Source of the DNA: Thermoplasmata archaeon
GTDB taxonomy: Archaea > Thermoplasmatota > Thermoplasmata > Lutacidiplasmatales > UBA184
DNA length: 37,761 nt
Reading direction: 5' to 3'
Assembly: GCA_030039715.1 (NCBI GenBank)
Contig: JASHVA010000048.1
Coordinates: 1-37,761 of the forward strand
Shown here: positions 36,621 through 37,761 of the stretch, one piece after another
Layout of the letters: each line of letters begins with the position of its first letter
Numbering within the stretch: position 1 is the stretch's first letter
Made by a program: the position numbers and the translations under genes
Notes under the pieces: model-generated
The model's input: the letters and a program-made list of their open reading frames with translations, nothing else
Databases searched by the model: none
What the model was told of the DNA's origin: nothing

Positions 36621-36622
36621 GC

Positions 36623-37582
36623 TTACGGTTCCTCCGCGACGACCTGCCGCTCGTCCGCGAGCCGGACGATCAGGACCGGGCTCGTCCCGAGCGACTCCTG
36701 ACGGAGGTCGATCGAGCGCTCGCGGGCGAGGAACAGGGCGGCGAGGAAGAGGGCGACCAACCGGTCGCGGCCGCTGAGCGGGTTCCAGAGGTCGAGGAGG
36801 GGGAACGGCTCGCCGATCGCGTGGCGGCGGGCCGCCTGCCACGTGTCCGCGAGGTCGTGCTCGGGAAGGTCTCCGTGGACGAGGACCTCGGGCGGAGCCC
36901 GCTGCTCCTCGCGCAGGCGTTCGCGCAGCTCCTGGATCCGGACGGCGCGGCGGGCGTCCGCCTCCGCCTCCCCGAACGCCTTGACGAGCTCGAGGAGCGA
37001 GACCGGCCGCGTCTCGGGGTGCCGGACCATCTCGAGGAGCGGGGGCCCTTCGACCGAGTCGAGCACGGCGGAGGTGACGTCGACCGCTTCGGGCGTTTCC
37101 AGGAGCGGAAGGTAGCCGTCGTCGAGCGGCGGGGCCTCGAGTTCGCCTCCCGCCGGCGCGGCCGCCGCCGGTTCCTGCCGGGCCTTGAGGAGCTCCTCGG
37201 ACTGGAGGTAGAGGATGCTCCAGGCCATGTAGACGAGCCGGCCGGCGATCGCGAAGTTGACGGCGCCGTCCGACTGGACCCGTTCGAGGTACGACTGCGT
37301 GAACTTGACGAGGTCGATCTCCCACGGGTCGAACTCCTCCTCCATCACGAGCTCGAAGAGGAGCGCCATCGCCTTCTGGAACGGGTCGGGGATGACGAGG
37401 TGGACCCCTTCCTTGAGCTCCTCCACGAGGGTGAGGTACCGCTCGAGCAGGGCCGAGGTGTCCTCCGTCTCCCCGAGCAGCGAGCGATGGAAGACGAGAT
37501 ACTGGAGCACCTTCTCGGCCGCTTCACGCGGCACCGCGTTCGCGGCGGAGATCGCGACGACCTCGCTCTCGGGCGTCGTCAT
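36623..37582 (-). CDS. scpA: Kleisin ScpA
   Basis: DPWEIDLVKFTQSYL, RPVSLLELVKAF and FLAALFL motifs; located between smc and scpB. Confidence 0.9.
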   Translation of the reverse strand: MTTPESEVVAISAANAVPREAAEKVLQYLVFHRSLLGETEDTSALLERYLTLVEELKEGVHLVIPDPFQKAMALLFELVMEEEFDPWEIDLVKFTQSYLERVQSDGAVNFAIAGRLVYMAWSILYLQSEELLKARQEPAAAAPAGGELEAPPLDDGYLPLLETPEAVDVTSAVLDSVEGPPLLEMVRHPETRPVSLLELVKAFGEAEADARRAVRIQELRERLREEQRAPPEVLVHGDLPEHDLADTWQAARRHAIGEPFPLLDLWNPLSGRDRLVALFLAALFLARERSIDLRQESLGTSPVLIVRLADERQVVAEEP

Positions 37583-37761
37583 CGCGCCTCCAGCGCCGGG
37601 GGAGCCGGCTCGGGCGCCCGGGCGCCTTCCCGGGACTCGACGTCGTGGATGTCGTCGAGGTGGATCCCGATGACACGGGAGCAGCCGTCCCCGTGCATCG
37701 TGACGCCGTAGAGGTGACTCGCGAACTTGAGGGTGACTTTGCGCAGTGAGATCACGATGAA
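37579..37761 (-). CDS. smc: Chromosome segregation protein SMC, C-terminal end (5'-partial)
   Basis: Manual translation FIVISLRKVTLKFASHLYGVTMHGDGCSRVIG matches the SMC head C-terminus; its stop overlaps the scpA ATG. Confidence 0.9.
   Translation of the reverse strand, partial: FIVISLRKVTLKFASHLYGVTMHGDGCSRVIGIHLDDIHDVESREGARAPEPAPPALEAR

Noticed and set aside
35991-37761. smc-scpA-scpB as a Wadjet/Mks anti-plasmid system
   Set aside because: The motifs are canonical Smc-ScpAB and there is no JetD-like nuclease downstream.

Overview
High-GC archaeal chromosomal window, most consistent with an uncultured Thermoplasmata lineage. This is inferred from egsA, archaeal Spt5/SecE/uL11, Hel308, an archaeal-type LeuRS, smc-scpA-scpB and TATA-box promoters. 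It is densely coding and mostly housekeeping: ftsZ-secE-spt5-rpl11, mptE, an isocitrate/isopropylmalate dehydrogenase, mscS, hel308, an acyl-CoA dehydrogenase, rqcH, egsA, queE, leuS, dcd, MEMO1, HIT, an S53 protease and smc-scpA-scpB. A ~10 kb nucleotide-sugar/glycosyltransferase cluster lies at 16.2-26.3 kb. The main oddities are: (1) a tRNA-Pro(UGG) with a ~34-nt hairpin inserted in the D-loop, a candidate non-canonical intron; (2) an Orc1/Cdc6 paralogue with a degenerate Walker A, preceded by a 25%-GC promoter carrying a perfect 12-bp palindrome and overlapping hel308 tail-to-tail; (3) a sugar operon that could make a C-methyl-branched pentose; (4) Spt5 with a large extra N-terminal domain; (5) an unlisted small gene translationally coupled after rpl11; (6) a small protein with an H1-like basic tail; (7) an acyl-CoA dehydrogenase lacking the inter-subunit FAD motifs. 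No integrase, transposase, CRISPR array or rRNA was seen. All calls come from motif recognition by eye; no searches were run.
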